Positions 30,772 through 41,214 of a stretch of 64,000 bases of DNA are shown piece by piece. Position 1 is the first letter of the stretch, and each line of letters starts with the position of its first letter. Below the pieces are notes generated by a model. It searched no databases. It saw only the letters and a program-made list of their open reading frames with translations, and was not told the origin of the DNA. The DNA lies in the NCBI GenBank assembly GCA_965209035.1, contig OZ242372.1:1-64000 (forward strand). Direction: 5' to 3'. Made by a program: the position numbers and the translations under genes. The DNA comes from Gammaproteobacteria bacterium (lineage in GTDB: Bacteria; Pseudomonadota; Gammaproteobacteria; CBDBNL01; JAAOII01).

Positions 30772-30802
30772 CATATTTTAGGGGGATTATCCCTAAAATA
30801 TG
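30772..30802. promoter_or_regulatory. Perfect 12-bp inverted repeat CATATTTTAGGG-N7-CCCTAAAATATG; candidate operator
   Basis: Seen in the divergent intergenic region between the XRE/ImmA gene and trpE. Confidence 0.45.
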
Positions 30803-30945
30803 AATTATGTCGGTCCGGTTATTAGGGGTATTAGGGTTAAAAAGAGGGTTAAAAAATGATAAGGTTCGCAAGGCGGTTGATAGCGCACGAATTCGGCATA
30901 CATTACAAGTAGAGCATTACAAATATAGATTTTTCTTGAATACGA

Positions 30946-32463
30946 ATGAATAAGCGGGAGTTCTCCCGCCAGGTTACGGCAGGCTATAAACGCATCCCGC
31001 TTGTCCGTCAGCACCCGGCGGATCTGGATACACCGGTTAGTACTTATCTAAAAATCGCAAATAAACCCTACACCTACCTGTTGGAATCGGTCGTGGGCGG
31101 CGAACGCCGGGGGCGGTATTCTTTCATCGGATTGTCTTCAAGCCGGATTTACAAACTGCGCGGGGAGCAGCTGACAATTTTGGAAGGCGACAAAGAATCT
31201 GTCATAACACCGAAAGATCCGTTGACCTATATCGGAAATCTGGTGACCGGAAAAACGGTTCCGCCCTTGCCCGGCTTACCGCGTTTTCACGGCGGGCTGG
31301 TCGGTTATTTTTCACACGAATGTGTGGGCTGGACGGAGGCGCGCCTGCGGCATCTTTTGAAAAAAGAGGATTCACTCCAATGTCCGCATGTTCTTTTGTT
31401 GGAAACGGAAAAGATGGTTGTCTTTGATAATCTGCTCGGCAAGATTTTACTCATCTCCTATGCGGATGCGGAAGGCGAGAACACCCGGGAACGCGCGCTG
31501 GAAGGGCTGGATGCAATGGAAGAGATGCTGACGGCACCGTTCGCCGCGCGTAGCGCACATGATTTTTCTCTTTCGCTTGAGACAACCAGCGGCGCCTTGC
31601 CGGAATTGACGGACAGCGAGTATAGCAAACACAAACAAGACGAAGCCGCCTATTGTCGGGCGGTGGAGACCATCAAGAATTACATCAGAGCGGGCGATGT
31701 GATGCAAGTGGTGCCTTCGCAACGCATGCGGCTGCGCTACGCGCATAAGCCATTTGATTTTTACCGCTTGCTGCGCACTGTCAATCCCGCCCCCTATATG
31801 TTTTACTTTGATATGGATGACTTTCAACTTGCGGGGGCTTCTCCCGAAATTCTCTCCCGTCTGGAAGACGGCGAGGTCACTCTGCGACCCATTGCCGGCA
31901 CAAGGCCGCGCGGAAAAACCGAAGCCGAAGACCTGGCATTGGAAAAGGAGATGCTGACAGACCCAAAAGAAAGAGCGGAGCATGTGATGTTGATCGATCT
32001 GGCACGCAACGACCTCGGGCGAATTGCCGAAACGGGCACAGTGGAAGTGACGGATAACTTTTCGGTGGAACGATATTCGCGAGTGATGCATATCGTTTCC
32101 AATGTGCGCGGCAAACTCCGAAAGGGATTAAATGCTATGGATGTTCTGCGCGCATCCTTGCCTGCCGGCACCCTAAGCGGTGCCCCCAAAATACGCGCCA
32201 TTGAAATTATTGACGAACTGGAAGAGGAGCAGCGCGGCGTTTACGGCGGTGCTCTGGGGTATCTGGGCTGGAACGGTAATATGGATCTGTGCATCTGCAT
32301 CCGAACGATTGTCATTAAAGACGGTTTTATTTATGTTCAGGCGGGCGGCGGAGTTGTTGCGGATTCGCAGCCGGACACCGAATGGGAAGAAACCCTGAAC
32401 AAACGGCGGGCTATTTTTCAGGTGATGAATATGCTCAACGCAACCAACAGAAATGAAGCATAA
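30946..32463 (+). CDS. trpE: Anthranilate synthase component I
   Basis: ADLDTPVS.YLK, LLESVVGGE..GRYS, NPAPYMF, PIAGTRPRG, AEHVMLIDLARND, PAGTLSGAPKIRA motifs. Confidence 0.95.
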   Translation: MNKREFSRQVTAGYKRIPLVRQHPADLDTPVSTYLKIANKPYTYLLESVVGGERRGRYSFIGLSSSRIYKLRGEQLTILEGDKESVITPKDPLTYIGNLVTGKTVPPLPGLPRFHGGLVGYFSHECVGWTEARLRHLLKKEDSLQCPHVLLLETEKMVVFDNLLGKILLISYADAEGENTRERALEGLDAMEEMLTAPFAARSAHDFSLSLETTSGALPELTDSEYSKHKQDEAAYCRAVETIKNYIRAGDVMQVVPSQRMRLRYAHKPFDFYRLLRTVNPAPYMFYFDMDDFQLAGASPEILSRLEDGEVTLRPIAGTRPRGKTEAEDLALEKEMLTDPKERAEHVMLIDLARNDLGRIAETGTVEVTDNFSVERYSRVMHIVSNVRGKLRKGLNAMDVLRASLPAGTLSGAPKIRAIEIIDELEEEQRGVYGGALGYLGWNGNMDLCICIRTIVIKDGFIYVQAGGGVVADSQPDTEWEETLNKRRAIFQVMNMLNATNRNEA

Positions 32464-33240
32464 ATGAAGCAAGAAGGAGCATCCTCCGCGGGATTTGTCG
32501 GCGATTTTTGGCAGGGTGCGGCGACCGCTCGGCCAATTGTTTTGGGATATTTCGGCATCGGATTAACCTGCGGCATCGCCGGAGCGAACGCAGGCTTATC
32601 GCCGAGCGAAGTATTCTGTTTGTCTTTGTTGGTGTTCGCGGGATCCGCCCAATTTGTATTCGCCCAGTTATGGACAGCCGGTGCCTGGGTTCTTTGGCCG
32701 GCAATATTCTTTCTGAACTTTCGTCATTTTTTGTATTCCGCCTCCTTTGCACCCTTGGTGCGCGAACTTTCTCCCAAAATGCGTTTTGGCATAGGAACAC
32801 AACTAACCGACGAGACCTTTTCGCTGGCATCGGCCATTCTCAACGGTCGTCATCTGCGCACAGGTTCTTGGATGCTGGGACTGAACCTTGCTGCTTATTC
32901 TTCATGGTGCCTCAGTAATCTGTTGGGAGCACTCTTGGGAGATAACCTTGAAGGCACGGATGCCCTGGGGCTGGATTTTGCTTTGCCGGCTATGTATGCG
33001 GCCATCTTTGTGCTGTTAGTCAGGGCATTCCGCAAAGAAAAAAACACCATTTTAATGGTTGCTGTTGTTGCCGCCGGAGCGACCATTGGACTGGGGCTGT
33101 TGTACCCGCATCCAAGCAATGTTTTAATCGCCGCAATGCTGGCGGCGAGTTTGGGGTTAATCTTCTTCGGTCCTAAGAAAGCCAAAAAAGCCGGGAAAAC
33201 AAAGAATAACTCCGGCAAACAGAGCCAGCCGCCCGCCTAA
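32464..33240 (+). CDS. azlC: AzlC family permease (second copy)
   Basis: SLLVFAGSAQF, NFRHFLYS, LTDETF, GLDFALPAM motifs. Confidence 0.88.
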   Translation: MKQEGASSAGFVGDFWQGAATARPIVLGYFGIGLTCGIAGANAGLSPSEVFCLSLLVFAGSAQFVFAQLWTAGAWVLWPAIFFLNFRHFLYSASFAPLVRELSPKMRFGIGTQLTDETFSLASAILNGRHLRTGSWMLGLNLAAYSSWCLSNLLGALLGDNLEGTDALGLDFALPAMYAAIFVLLVRAFRKEKNTILMVAVVAAGATIGLGLLYPHPSNVLIAAMLAASLGLIFFGPKKAKKAGKTKNNSGKQSQPPA

Positions 33241-33253
33241 GTTTCATCACTGC

Positions 33254-33583
33254 ATGCTACCGAGACCGGAAATTCTGCTTCTCATTTTGGGATGCCTTGC
33301 CGTTACCATCCTGCCCCGGGTCTTCCCTCTTTTAATGATTGACAAGGTATCACCGGGACCGCGCGCCCTGACATGGCTGCGGTATGTGGTCCCGGCGGTG
33401 ATCGTGTCGCTTCTTTTTCAAGATGTCCTCACGGGGGCGGAGGGAATGCTCAACCCGCTTCCGATCGCCAAGATCATTGCGACTGTTGCGGCCCTTTTCA
33501 TTGCCTTTGTCAGCCGCAGCATCATATGGACGGTGGTGGGCAGTATCGGTTGTTATGCCTTCCTTAAAATCTTACTGCCATGA
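33254..33583 (+). CDS. azlD: AzlD domain protein (second copy)
   Basis: VTILPRVFPL and WLRYVVPAV motifs. Confidence 0.8.
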   Translation: MLPRPEILLLILGCLAVTILPRVFPLLMIDKVSPGPRALTWLRYVVPAVIVSLLFQDVLTGAEGMLNPLPIAKIIATVAALFIAFVSRSIIWTVVGSIGCYAFLKILLP

Positions 33584-34989
33584 ACGAGACCGGACAAACA
33601 ATAAATACAATGGATACCGGTCAGTATCAAAAGATATTTTCGCTGCTTAAAAGCGAAAAGCAGGGTTTGCTCGTTTCCGGCGGGGCGGGTACCGGCAAGA
33701 CCACTTTTATTGAGTACCTCGGCAGCCCGGAAGGGATTGACGCCTATCGGCTCGCGGAGAAAATGGCGATTGTTGCCCCGACAGGTGTTGCCGCCATGCG
33801 GGCCGGCGGGTCAACCATTCATTCTATGTTTGAATTCCCGCCGGAAAGCTTTGATTATCAAACCAAACAGTTTGCCGGCGGCGAAGAAATCACGCCGATG
33901 GAACACAAAAAAGAACTCTTTGCCGAAATGCATCTTCTGGTCATTGACGAGGTCTCCATGGTGCGCGCCGACTTGATGGATGCCATTAATCTGTCGCTTC
34001 AAGTGCATCGCGGCAACAAGAAACCGTTTGGCGGTCTTAAGGTGCTGTTTATCGGCGATATTTTTCAATTACAGCCGGTGGTGAACCGGGAGGACATGCC
34101 TTTATTACAAAAACTTTATCTCGAAAAAAACGGGATGTTCTTTTTTGAATCTCTGGTCTTTGACGAGATGCGGGCGCGCGATCGCTTGGCGTACTTTGAA
34201 CTCAACATTCCTTACCGGTTTGGACAAACCGAGGAAGAGCGAAACGGTGAATTCCCCGCCATGCTGAACAGGTTGCGGCACGGGAACACGCAGGATCTGT
34301 CTCGTCTTAACAAACACTTAAACCGCCCGTCTCACTGGCAAAAACTTCTGGAAAAGGGGGCTGTGATGCTAACCGGGCTGAGGAGAAATGCGGAATCCTA
34401 TAATGAAAAAAAATTGGGGGAACTTGAGGGCGAAGAAACGGAGTTCATCGGCGAAGCCGAGGGCAAGTGTGCCAATTACAAAAACAACAGCCTTCCCGCA
34501 CCGATTCAGTTGCTATTAAAAAAGGGTGCCAGGGTCATTTTTGTTCGCAATCATGCAAACGGCAAGTGGCGCAATGGCACACTCGGGACTGTGGAAGACT
34601 TCGGCAGCGACGACTCGGACGAAGAATACATTTCAGTGGAATTGGATAGCGGAGAAACTGTCCGAGTGAAACAAGAATCCTGGGAGATGGCATCTTACCG
34701 ATACGACCCGTCGGTGAAAAATATTATCAAAGAAGAGGACGGCAAGTACACGCAATTTCCGCTGATGCTATCCTGGGCTCTGACAATTCACCGCGCCCAG
34801 GGGCAAACTTTGGATCTGGCGGTTGTGAATCTGCACCGGGCGTTCAGCGCCGGGCAGACCTATGTGGCCTTGAGCCGTTGCCGGCAGGCCAAGCATTTGG
34901 GATTGATGCATCCGCTCAAAGCGCAAGATCTTATATGCCACAAAGCGGTGAATCATTTTTATGATACAATTCTTACGAAATATATCTGA
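33580..34989 (+). CDS. Pif1-like SF1B DNA helicase
   Basis: GGAGTGKT, APTGVAA, TIHS, IDEVSM, PFGG, GDIFQLQPV, QFPLMLSWALTIHRAQG, GQTYVALSR motifs. Confidence 0.88.
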   Translation: MNETGQTINTMDTGQYQKIFSLLKSEKQGLLVSGGAGTGKTTFIEYLGSPEGIDAYRLAEKMAIVAPTGVAAMRAGGSTIHSMFEFPPESFDYQTKQFAGGEEITPMEHKKELFAEMHLLVIDEVSMVRADLMDAINLSLQVHRGNKKPFGGLKVLFIGDIFQLQPVVNREDMPLLQKLYLEKNGMFFFESLVFDEMRARDRLAYFELNIPYRFGQTEEERNGEFPAMLNRLRHGNTQDLSRLNKHLNRPSHWQKLLEKGAVMLTGLRRNAESYNEKKLGELEGEETEFIGEAEGKCANYKNNSLPAPIQLLLKKGARVIFVRNHANGKWRNGTLGTVEDFGSDDSDEEYISVELDSGETVRVKQESWEMASYRYDPSVKNIIKEEDGKYTQFPLMLSWALTIHRAQGQTLDLAVVNLHRAFSAGQTYVALSRCRQAKHLGLMHPLKAQDLICHKAVNHFYDTILTKYI

Positions 34990-35209
34990 TTCTTCTTTTA
35001 TGACTTCTTATCTTTTTGTGATGCATCTTTTCCAAAACTTCCTAAAAGCTACCCCCAATTTTTCCCGAAACCTAAAAATAACCGTAAATAACCGTAAATA
35101 ACTTGGACATCTCCCGCTCACCACACACAGCCCGGCACAGGCATTCTCAAACCTCGAAAACCTCTCAAACCTCGAAAAACCCGGGCAAAAACATAAAGGA
35201 CAGACTGCA

Positions 35210-35869
35210 ATGAGTTTGGCTGTTTTTGATTTGGATCATACCATTCTGGAAGGGGATAGCGATTCCAACTGGCTGATATTCCTTGCGGGCAAAAACCTGG
35301 TGAGCAAGGAAACTGTCTTACAAAAAAATGCGGGGTTTTACCGGGATTACATGGCGGGCAAATTAAACTATAACGCTTATGCGGAATTTGCCTTTGGCAT
35401 TATCAGTAATATCCCGCTTGCGCGTTTGAAGGTGTTACGCCGTGCCTATTTTAAAGAGAAGATTCTGCCGATGATTCGTGTCAAAGCGGTAAAAAGAATT
35501 AACGCACACCGAAAGAGCGGACATAAGATCGTCATATCCACCGCCACCAACGACTTCATCGCCTATCCGGTTGTCAGATACTTGAAGGCGGACGACCTTT
35601 TGGCAACCTCTTTGGAAAAGTCGGATGACGGCTTTACCGGCAAGTATCACGGCATTCCCAATTTTCGCGAAGGGAAGGTTACGAATTTTCTTAATTGGCT
35701 GAAAACAAACCACGAACATCAGTTGGCAACCACTTATTTTTACTCTGATTCTATTAATGATCTGCCGCTTCTCCAAATTGTCGGTTATCCGCGCGTCGTC
35801 AACGGCGACGCCGAACTGACCGCCAAGGCCGAAGAATTCGGCTGGCGTCATTGCAATTTTAGTTCTTAG
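35210..35869 (+). CDS. HAD-IB family hydrolase (SerB-like, possibly histidinol-phosphatase)
   Basis: FDLDHT, ISTAT, GKV, YSDSINDLPLL motifs. Confidence 0.85.
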   Translation: MSLAVFDLDHTILEGDSDSNWLIFLAGKNLVSKETVLQKNAGFYRDYMAGKLNYNAYAEFAFGIISNIPLARLKVLRRAYFKEKILPMIRVKAVKRINAHRKSGHKIVISTATNDFIAYPVVRYLKADDLLATSLEKSDDGFTGKYHGIPNFREGKVTNFLNWLKTNHEHQLATTYFYSDSINDLPLLQIVGYPRVVNGDAELTAKAEEFGWRHCNFSS

Positions 35870-35907
35870 CCGGCATTAGACATTAGGCATTAGGTATTAA
35901 AAGTAAA

Positions 35908-37785
35908 ATGGCACGTCGTTCCGCCATTCGCGAAGCCACAGCGGTTAGCCCCCGGCAGATATGGAATAGGCTCCGCCAGGCTTCCAAAAAACCGCAAACA
36001 AGCGGGCAAATCAGTTGGCGCGAGATTCTGGGAAACATCTTTGCCAAGCGGGGTATGCTCTTACGAGCGAATATTTTGGCATTACTCTCCATGATGGCAA
36101 CCATCTGTTTGCCGTTGCTTCTGCCGCTTCTGGTAGATGAAATCATTCTGGGCGCCGAGGGACCCATATTACCGGTTCTCCGTTCGTTCTTGCCTTCTTT
36201 CATGCATACTTCCTTGGGATTTGTGGCGTTCATTACCGTCTTGTCCGTTTGTTTGCGTTTTGTCGGTCTGGGGCTGGATATCCTCCAAACGCGCATCTTC
36301 GCGAATATTGCCAAACACATTACATACTCCGTCCGCAAACGGGTTCTGTCTTACTTGCAAAATGTTTCCATGCACGAGTTTGAAGTCCTGGGCAGTGGCA
36401 AGGTTGCCAATCATTTGACAACCGACATCGCCACCATTGACGATTTTATCGGCCAGGCGCTCAGTCGTTTTTTGCTGGGGATGTTTTCTTTGGTAGGTGT
36501 TTTGGTCGTGATGATATGGATCAGCCCGCTGCTCACCTTATTTCTGGTCGTATTTAATCCGTTCGTTGCCGTGTTCGGTCGTTACTTGGGCAAGTACATC
36601 AAACAATTAAAGAAAAAAGAAAACGCCAGTTTGGATATGTTCCAGACGGCACTGACGGAGACGATGGAATCTGTTCAGCAGATCCGGGTTAGCCATCGCG
36701 AAAAAATCTTTTTTGGTCGTCTCACCGAGCTTGCTGACAAGGTGCGCCTGACTTCCGTTAACTTCGGCTGGCGCAACGATGCGGCCGAGCGTCTCAGCAC
36801 CTTCGTGTTTATGTTCGGTTTTGATCTGTTTCGCGCGCTTGCCATTCTGTTGGTCGCACTGACTACCCTGACGATCGGTCAGATGTTTGCAATGTTTGGT
36901 TATCTTTGGTTCATGCTGGGTTCGGTGCAGTCTATCTTGCAGATACAATTCAGTTTTTACAGTGCCTACGGCGCGTTGGAACGCATCAACGGTCTCTTGA
37001 ACCTGCCCGCGGAAAAACACATTCCCTGTCGGGTTAACCCGTTCGTGCCGGGCGAGCCGGCATCTTTGGAAATCAAAGATCTGACTTTTGGTTATCAACC
37101 GGATAAATCTATTTTAAAAAATCTGTCTCTTGCCGTGGCGGCCGGTGAAAAGGTGGGTATCCGCGGCGAGAGTGGCTGTGGAAAATCCACTATGGTGCAG
37201 GTTTTGTTGGGTCTTTACCGCCACTCAAAAGGGAGCATGTTGTTTAATCGGCTGGATATTGCCAAGATCGGCTACCAAACTGTTCGCTCCAACACGGCGA
37301 CCGTGTTGCAGCATCCGGGTCAGTTAAATACCACCGTCCGGGTTAATCTTTGCTTGGGCAAAGAACACTCGGAACGCGAACTCTGGCATGCTCTGGAAAT
37401 TGCCCAACTGGCGGATTTTGTGGCGGACATGCCGGACGGGCTGGACAGTATGGTTGGCAATCGGGGGGTGCGTCTTTCCGGCGGGCAGCGGCAACGCCTT
37501 GCCATTGCCCGGGCGGCCCTGACCCGACCGAGCATTCTCATTTTGGATGAGGCAACTTCCGCGTTGGACGAAGCGACCGAAACGAAATTGCACGGTTCTT
37601 TAAATAAGCACTTCCATAGCATCACCACTTTAATTATTGCACACAGAAGAAGCGCACTCAAACAGACGGATATCGTCTATACTCTTGCGGACGGTAGCTT
37701 ACTTGCGGCGTCGGAGAATAACCTGTCCGTAACGGGGACGGGTACAGAAGCCGCATTCGGCGGAAGGGTACAAACCATCCGATGA
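35908..37785 (+). CDS. ABC exporter, fused permease and ATPase
   Basis: N-terminal TM domain; GESGCGKST, LSGGQRQR, LDEATSALD motifs. Confidence 0.9.
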   Translation: MARRSAIREATAVSPRQIWNRLRQASKKPQTSGQISWREILGNIFAKRGMLLRANILALLSMMATICLPLLLPLLVDEIILGAEGPILPVLRSFLPSFMHTSLGFVAFITVLSVCLRFVGLGLDILQTRIFANIAKHITYSVRKRVLSYLQNVSMHEFEVLGSGKVANHLTTDIATIDDFIGQALSRFLLGMFSLVGVLVVMIWISPLLTLFLVVFNPFVAVFGRYLGKYIKQLKKKENASLDMFQTALTETMESVQQIRVSHREKIFFGRLTELADKVRLTSVNFGWRNDAAERLSTFVFMFGFDLFRALAILLVALTTLTIGQMFAMFGYLWFMLGSVQSILQIQFSFYSAYGALERINGLLNLPAEKHIPCRVNPFVPGEPASLEIKDLTFGYQPDKSILKNLSLAVAAGEKVGIRGESGCGKSTMVQVLLGLYRHSKGSMLFNRLDIAKIGYQTVRSNTATVLQHPGQLNTTVRVNLCLGKEHSERELWHALEIAQLADFVADMPDGLDSMVGNRGVRLSGGQRQRLAIARAALTRPSILILDEATSALDEATETKLHGSLNKHFHSITTLIIAHRRSALKQTDIVYTLADGSLLAASENNLSVTGTGTEAAFGGRVQTIR

Positions 37786-37941
37786 CAGGTCCCTTGTTAT
37801 ATTGTTATAATATTAATGATATCAATCACTGAAAAATGAGTTTGCCAATCCACATGACAAGTTTTAAGAAACCTGTGCCGCGGCGTCTCGGATAGCCCCG
37901 GGATAAGGCGAGTTAATAAAAATCGTAAGCCCGCTTCGTTC

Positions 37942-38850
37942 ATTAAAAAAGTCATTAAACAAATCATTAAACAAGCGCTTTCGGCTCAAGGTTGGTCACT
38001 CTTAAAACTGAGCGGAGAAGACAGCAAAAATTTTCTGCAAGGGCATCTCACTTGCGATCTGCGGCAACTTGAAAAGCAGTCCGCAATCTTGGGTGCCGCA
38101 TGCAATCTTAAGGGCAGGGTCGTCGCCAGTGCGTATGTGATTCGCACCGAAACTCCGGGAGAATTCTATTTGTTTTTGCCAACCGAAATTCTGTCAATTT
38201 TATTGAACTTTTGGAAGTTGTATCTGCCCCTGTATCGTCGCTGCCAACAGTCCGTCTGTGCGGGAGACATCGTGATTGTCCCGCAGCAGACATATACCCA
38301 CACCAAAAAACTCCCCGGCGGCGACCTGTGCCGGTCCTTTCCCTTTATAGAAGAAACGAATCTGGTGCTCATTCCGGCTGATTCCAAAAATAGCGACAGG
38401 CCAACGCAGCAGCCACAAGAGGCATCCAATATATCAAATACATGGAATGCTTTTTTAATGCGGCAAAAAACACCGTTCATTCTTGCCGCAAGTAGCGGGA
38501 AGTGGACCCCGCAGATGCTTGGCTACGACCGTCTCGGGGCGGTCAGCTATGAAAAAGGTTGTTATCTTGGTCAAGAAGTGGTCGCCCGCACGCATTACTT
38601 GGGCAAGGCCAGCCGCACCTGCCGTTTGTTGGAGGTCACCGTACCGGAACCGAAGCCGGGCATGATTTTTTACAATGCCAAAGGCGACAAAAGCGGAGAG
38701 GCGGTCAATGTGTGTCCTGCCGGCAGCGATACCGATGCCGATGCCACCCCCAATTTTTGGCGTTGTCTGGCAATTCTTAATAATAACCCCGTGGATCTGG
38801 AACAATTTTGGACCGACAGAGAGCAAAAGGTTCCTTTGCATTTGTTATGA
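37942..38850 (+). CDS. ygfZ: YgfZ/GcvT-like folate-binding Fe-S repair/tRNA-modification protein; true start upstream of 38089 and uncertain
   Basis: KGCYLGQEVVARTHY signature. The conserved LKLSGEDSKNFLQGHLTCD lies upstream of the first canonical start (TTG 38089). 37942 is an ATT candidate start only. Confidence 0.85.
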   Translation: MKKVIKQIIKQALSAQGWSLLKLSGEDSKNFLQGHLTCDLRQLEKQSAILGAACNLKGRVVASAYVIRTETPGEFYLFLPTEILSILLNFWKLYLPLYRRCQQSVCAGDIVIVPQQTYTHTKKLPGGDLCRSFPFIEETNLVLIPADSKNSDRPTQQPQEASNISNTWNAFLMRQKTPFILAASSGKWTPQMLGYDRLGAVSYEKGCYLGQEVVARTHYLGKASRTCRLLEVTVPEPKPGMIFYNAKGDKSGEAVNVCPAGSDTDADATPNFWRCLAILNNNPVDLEQFWTDREQKVPLHLL

Positions 38851-40841
38851 GCATAAGAAATAAAAATGATGGGTTTTGCCGCGGGTTGCCGTTCGGGACC
38901 GTGTTACTTCTGCTTCTTTTGTTGCCCGCCTGCGGCCCGGAAGATGCGAAACCGCCTTCAACAGGCCCAAACGGGGACGGAAACAGTAACCGCCTTTCTT
39001 TGAACGATGTCATGCGTGCATCTCTGGGAGCGGCGGAAACGGACAGATGGGAAGTGCGTCTGCCGACGGCCGGTTCTTTGGTGGTTTACACTCAGGGCAC
39101 TTTGAATACTCTGGGTGTTTTGGAGGATCAAGACGGGACAGTTCTGGTCAGAACGGAAAGAACGGACTTGAACAATTTTTATCTTTGCCGCAACCTGTTA
39201 GCCGGAACCTACTATATCCGGGTTTCGGAAACCACGGGGCGTGGCGGGGAATACGCGATTCGCACGGATTTTGATGAAGAAGGCAACTGCGGGATTGGCG
39301 ATTTCAATCAATGGAACCTGGACGATTACGGCATTCGGGAGCTGCATGCGCGCGGCATTACGGGAGAGGGCGTTCGGATTGCCGTGGTGGACGGCGATGT
39401 GGAAATCGGACACGAAGATCTGGAAGGAAATTTAATACCCGGCCTCAGTCATAACTATGAGGATCAAAGCGATGACCCCAGCCCGGCTTCCGGCTCGGAC
39501 AGACACGGGACCGCGGTGACAGGGGTCATTGCCGCAAGTGCCGACAATGGCATAGGAATTACCGGCGTGGCGGGGAAGGCTTCTTTTTACGCTCTTAATC
39601 TTCTCAAAGAGCCGACAACCGTGAATATCGCCAATGCAATGATTCGCCACACCAACATCACGGATATTGTCAGCAACAGTTGGTCCGCCGGCTCGGATCT
39701 CAATGTGTTCCATTCGCCGTCAAAACAGTGGGAGATGGCAATAGAGAAAGGATTGCGAGAAGGAGCAAACGGCAAGGGGACTGTGTATGTTTGGTCGGCG
39801 GGTAACGGCAGAAGAATTCAAGCCAGTGCCAATTACGACGGCTATGGCAACCATTACGGGGGGATGAGTATCTGCGCGCTAAACAGACAAAGACAAATTA
39901 CGGCTTACAGCGAGCCGGGCGCGAATCTTTGGGTCTGTGCCCCGGGCGGAGAGGATAGTGATAGAATTACCACTACGGACCTGACCGGTGCCGGCGGTTA
40001 TAACAGTGGCAGAAGCAGAAACGATTACCGCAACCCGGATTACACTGCGAGGTATAGTGGCACATCGGCATCGGCGCCGTTTGTTTCCGGGGTGGTGGCT
40101 CTCATGCGCCAGGTTCATTCGAATTTAACCTGGCGAGATGTCAAGTTAATTCTCGCCCAAACTGCCGATCAAAGCGATGCCCCCGGTTGGTTGCAAGGAG
40201 CGCCGGTTTATGACCCGAACTTGCCGAACAGCCCCGCGAATTACTCCGTTCATGCGCGCACTTTTGTCAGAGGGTTTCGCCGACCCGAGCGCATCTATTC
40301 TTTTCATCGCATTCATGATTACGGATTTGGGATTATTAACGCAACCAAAGCGGTCGCGGCGGCGGCGAATTGGAACCCGGTTCCGCCGATGCAACCTGCC
40401 GAAGTTTATTCTTCCGGTCCGGTAGGGCTGAAAATCCCGGACATCAATTTTGATAGGGTTCCTTACGATCTATTCTTGCTGCCCGAACCGATCGGATTAA
40501 TCGGGATCACGGATTACCGGGCAAGTACTGTCCAACATTCCATAACGGTCAATGACAGTAATATCACCTTTGTGGAGTACATAGAAATTCGGACGAACAT
40601 TGCCCACTCCAATGCGGGCAATTTGGAAATAGAACTGGTTGCTCCGAGCGGGCAAGTGAGTCTTCTCAATGATCTGCGTACCTGTACCGGCAGATGCGGT
40701 TCCTTGGCGGGTCACCGTTTTGGCAGTGCACTGCATCTGGGCGAAAACCCCAACGGGAATTGGACCCTGATGGTCAGGGATTTGGCAACGGAGCACAACG
40801 GCACATTAAACGATTGGAATCTGAGGTTTTACGGGCATTAA
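38847..40841 (+). CDS. Lipoprotein S8 (kexin/furin-like) serine protease with PPC and proprotein-convertase P domains
   Basis: ATG overlaps the ygfZ stop (ATGA); lipobox LPAC; triad AVVDGD / RHGTAV / GTSASAP; oxyanion SAGNG; C-terminal P-domain. Confidence 0.88.
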   Translation: MSIRNKNDGFCRGLPFGTVLLLLLLLPACGPEDAKPPSTGPNGDGNSNRLSLNDVMRASLGAAETDRWEVRLPTAGSLVVYTQGTLNTLGVLEDQDGTVLVRTERTDLNNFYLCRNLLAGTYYIRVSETTGRGGEYAIRTDFDEEGNCGIGDFNQWNLDDYGIRELHARGITGEGVRIAVVDGDVEIGHEDLEGNLIPGLSHNYEDQSDDPSPASGSDRHGTAVTGVIAASADNGIGITGVAGKASFYALNLLKEPTTVNIANAMIRHTNITDIVSNSWSAGSDLNVFHSPSKQWEMAIEKGLREGANGKGTVYVWSAGNGRRIQASANYDGYGNHYGGMSICALNRQRQITAYSEPGANLWVCAPGGEDSDRITTTDLTGAGGYNSGRSRNDYRNPDYTARYSGTSASAPFVSGVVALMRQVHSNLTWRDVKLILAQTADQSDAPGWLQGAPVYDPNLPNSPANYSVHARTFVRGFRRPERIYSFHRIHDYGFGIINATKAVAAAANWNPVPPMQPAEVYSSGPVGLKIPDINFDRVPYDLFLLPEPIGLIGITDYRASTVQHSITVNDSNITFVEYIEIRTNIAHSNAGNLEIELVAPSGQVSLLNDLRTCTGRCGSLAGHRFGSALHLGENPNGNWTLMVRDLATEHNGTLNDWNLRFYGH

Positions 40842-41214
40842 TCGTCAATTGTTCGGTTATGCCGAGCGACCCGCTGCCGGTCATATCTCACTCCGGTTAA
40901 GCACAAAACCGGCCTCGTTTTGAGTGCCTATCTCAAAGAGTGCACCAAGGATGCCACCGGCACCGCGAGCGTGGCTTTACTCCGCAGGCTTCTCAAAATG
41001 GACCGGCGCGGATTATAATTTAACAACGGGTATTGCACCGGCAGGTTGAATTCACCCCATTAATAACGATGCAACATAACAATTAATGAATCAACGAATC
41101 CGCTTAACTTTTTATCGGCTCGGTTGGTGAGAGGAACATCCAACATCCGCCCGGCTGTCATGCTCGGTATGGGCACAGGGCATTCATAATAAGATTCTTA
41201 GTTTTTATCCTTTA

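Noticed and set aside
23188-30945. Defence cluster as an integrative element with att sites
   Set aside because: I could not find flanking direct repeats, a tRNA or an integrase.
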